A stretch of DNA of 62,675 nucleotides, counting the filler, from Sphacelaria rigidula (taxonomy: Eukaryota): NCBI GenBank assembly GCA_964200075.2. It is 8 parts of 8 records of this genome, joined end to end, with 100 filler letters (N's around TTAATTAATTAA, not from the genome) between each part and the next. Parts side by side here need not be neighbours in the genome. Positions count along the whole stretch, not along the records: positions 54,930 to 62,675 come from CAXNAA020013590.1; 7 more parts are not named here. One strand, written 5' to 3'. How positions within the stretch are numbered: position 1 is the first letter of the stretch; each line of letters starts with the position of its first letter. Below are positions 61,504-62,675 of the stretch, in pieces. Under the pieces are notes generated by a model. The model did no database searches. It had not been told where the DNA came from and saw only the letters and a program-made list of their open reading frames with translations. A program made the position numbers and the translations under genes.

Positions 61504-62235
61504 TTAAAATTTGTTGTCGATTGTGTCGGAGGTGGCGGCAGTGGTGTTGGCATTGATCGTGTCGGACTTGGGGGTTGTAATGAAGTATGGTTGTTGAGGC
61601 GCGGTGGTGAATGGAAATGGTGGCGGCAGCACAGCGGCAATTGGGAAATATGACTGTGGCGGTACTGCGGGGGGTGGAAATAATGGCGGCGCAGTAGTGG
61701 TGAAAGTGTGTTGGTAATGGCTCGGCGATGGGGCAGTATGATATGAAAATGGAGGCGGCGTCAGCTCAGGATTTACCGCGTTCATCGGCGGCTGCGGGGA
61801 TGCCGGCGGGTCGGCGACGGTACTCGCTCGATAACCTCCCCTTCCGTCGAGCGGTAACGGCGGTGTTCGCAGAAGCTGTACACGCGGAACAGGTCGCATT
61901 GAAGATACACCATTTGCCCGGTAACAAAGCTGGATACCAACACCTGATGTGTCAGACGGAACGCTTGTAGCGGAGGCGGACTGGACAAAGAAACCGAGGG
62001 GGGAAGACACAACGCCTTCGGCGAAATAATGGCGTGAGCCAATACTGGGGGGAGAATGAAAATCCCCTCTTTCCGCACTCGGGGGCTGTGGAGCACTGAT
62101 AGTAGTACACCAAGATGCAATATTTGGCGGGGCACCTACAGTAGCATGCGAAGAAACTGCAGTCGGGGGGGGCACCGACAGTAGCACGTGAAGACTCCGA
62201 CGTGGTCGATTACGCCACAGACGCCGGGGTTGCAC
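61504..62235 (-). other. Pro/Thr-rich ORF of unknown status, overlapping a ~135-bp tandem duplication (62140-62440)
   Basis: 243-aa low-complexity ORF with no domain recognised. Confidence 0.25.
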
Positions 62236-62675
62236 CGACAGAAGTACACGAAGACACTGTTCGGGGGAGCACTGACAGTATCACTCGCAGACACAACATC
62301 CGTGGGGTTCCTTACAGTAGCACGCGAAGACTTCGACGCAGTAGATTGCGATACAGACGTCGGGGTTGCACCGACATAAGTACACGAAGACACAGTACTC
62401 GGGGGAGCACTGTCAGTATCACTCGCAGACTAAACATCCTGGGCAGCTGCTGATGCAGAATCTATCGTAGTACGTAAAGACTCTACAGTAGTATGTGTAT
62501 CTGACCTTACATTGGAGGGCAAAACTACAGTAGTTGAGGGATTATACTTACTAACGTTGTACGGGCGAAGACGCGTCGCTACCTGTGATGAAATTCGCGA
62601 TTTGCGGTCTGTGACGCTAGCAGGTCTGCTAGTACTGCAGCGTCTAAATGCTGTTGAGGGACTCCCCAGCTCTTC

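Overview
Eukaryotic, repeat-rich DNA, most likely from a brown alga or related stramenopile. That assignment is inferred from short exons in 0.4-1.3 kb introns, (CCCTAA)n motifs and the TE mix. The window is not one locus. It is eight contigs of 7748, 7748, 7748, 7747, 7746, 7746, 7746 and 7746 bp, ordered by length and joined by artificial 100-bp linkers (44 N + TTAATTAATTAA + 44 N), so no linkage can be inferred across linkers. Host coding content is small: four spliced minus-strand exons of a thioredoxin + PUB-domain gene (47583-50598) and a few isolated candidate exons. The rest is mobile or repetitive DNA: a decayed LINE split by a resolvable ~2.1-kb inversion, ultra-short LINE 3'-end insertions with TSDs, a Gypsy pol remnant, a gag-like pseudo-ORF, a probable DIRS/Ngaro remnant, at least two tRNA-derived SINE families, many MITEs (some nested three deep), a dispersed telomere-repeat-headed hairpin element, and a 155-bp satellite with signs of a 5-mer higher-order repeat. 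No CRISPR array, rRNA or intact tRNA is supported. I found no clearly new multi-gene system; the best leads are listed as findings.
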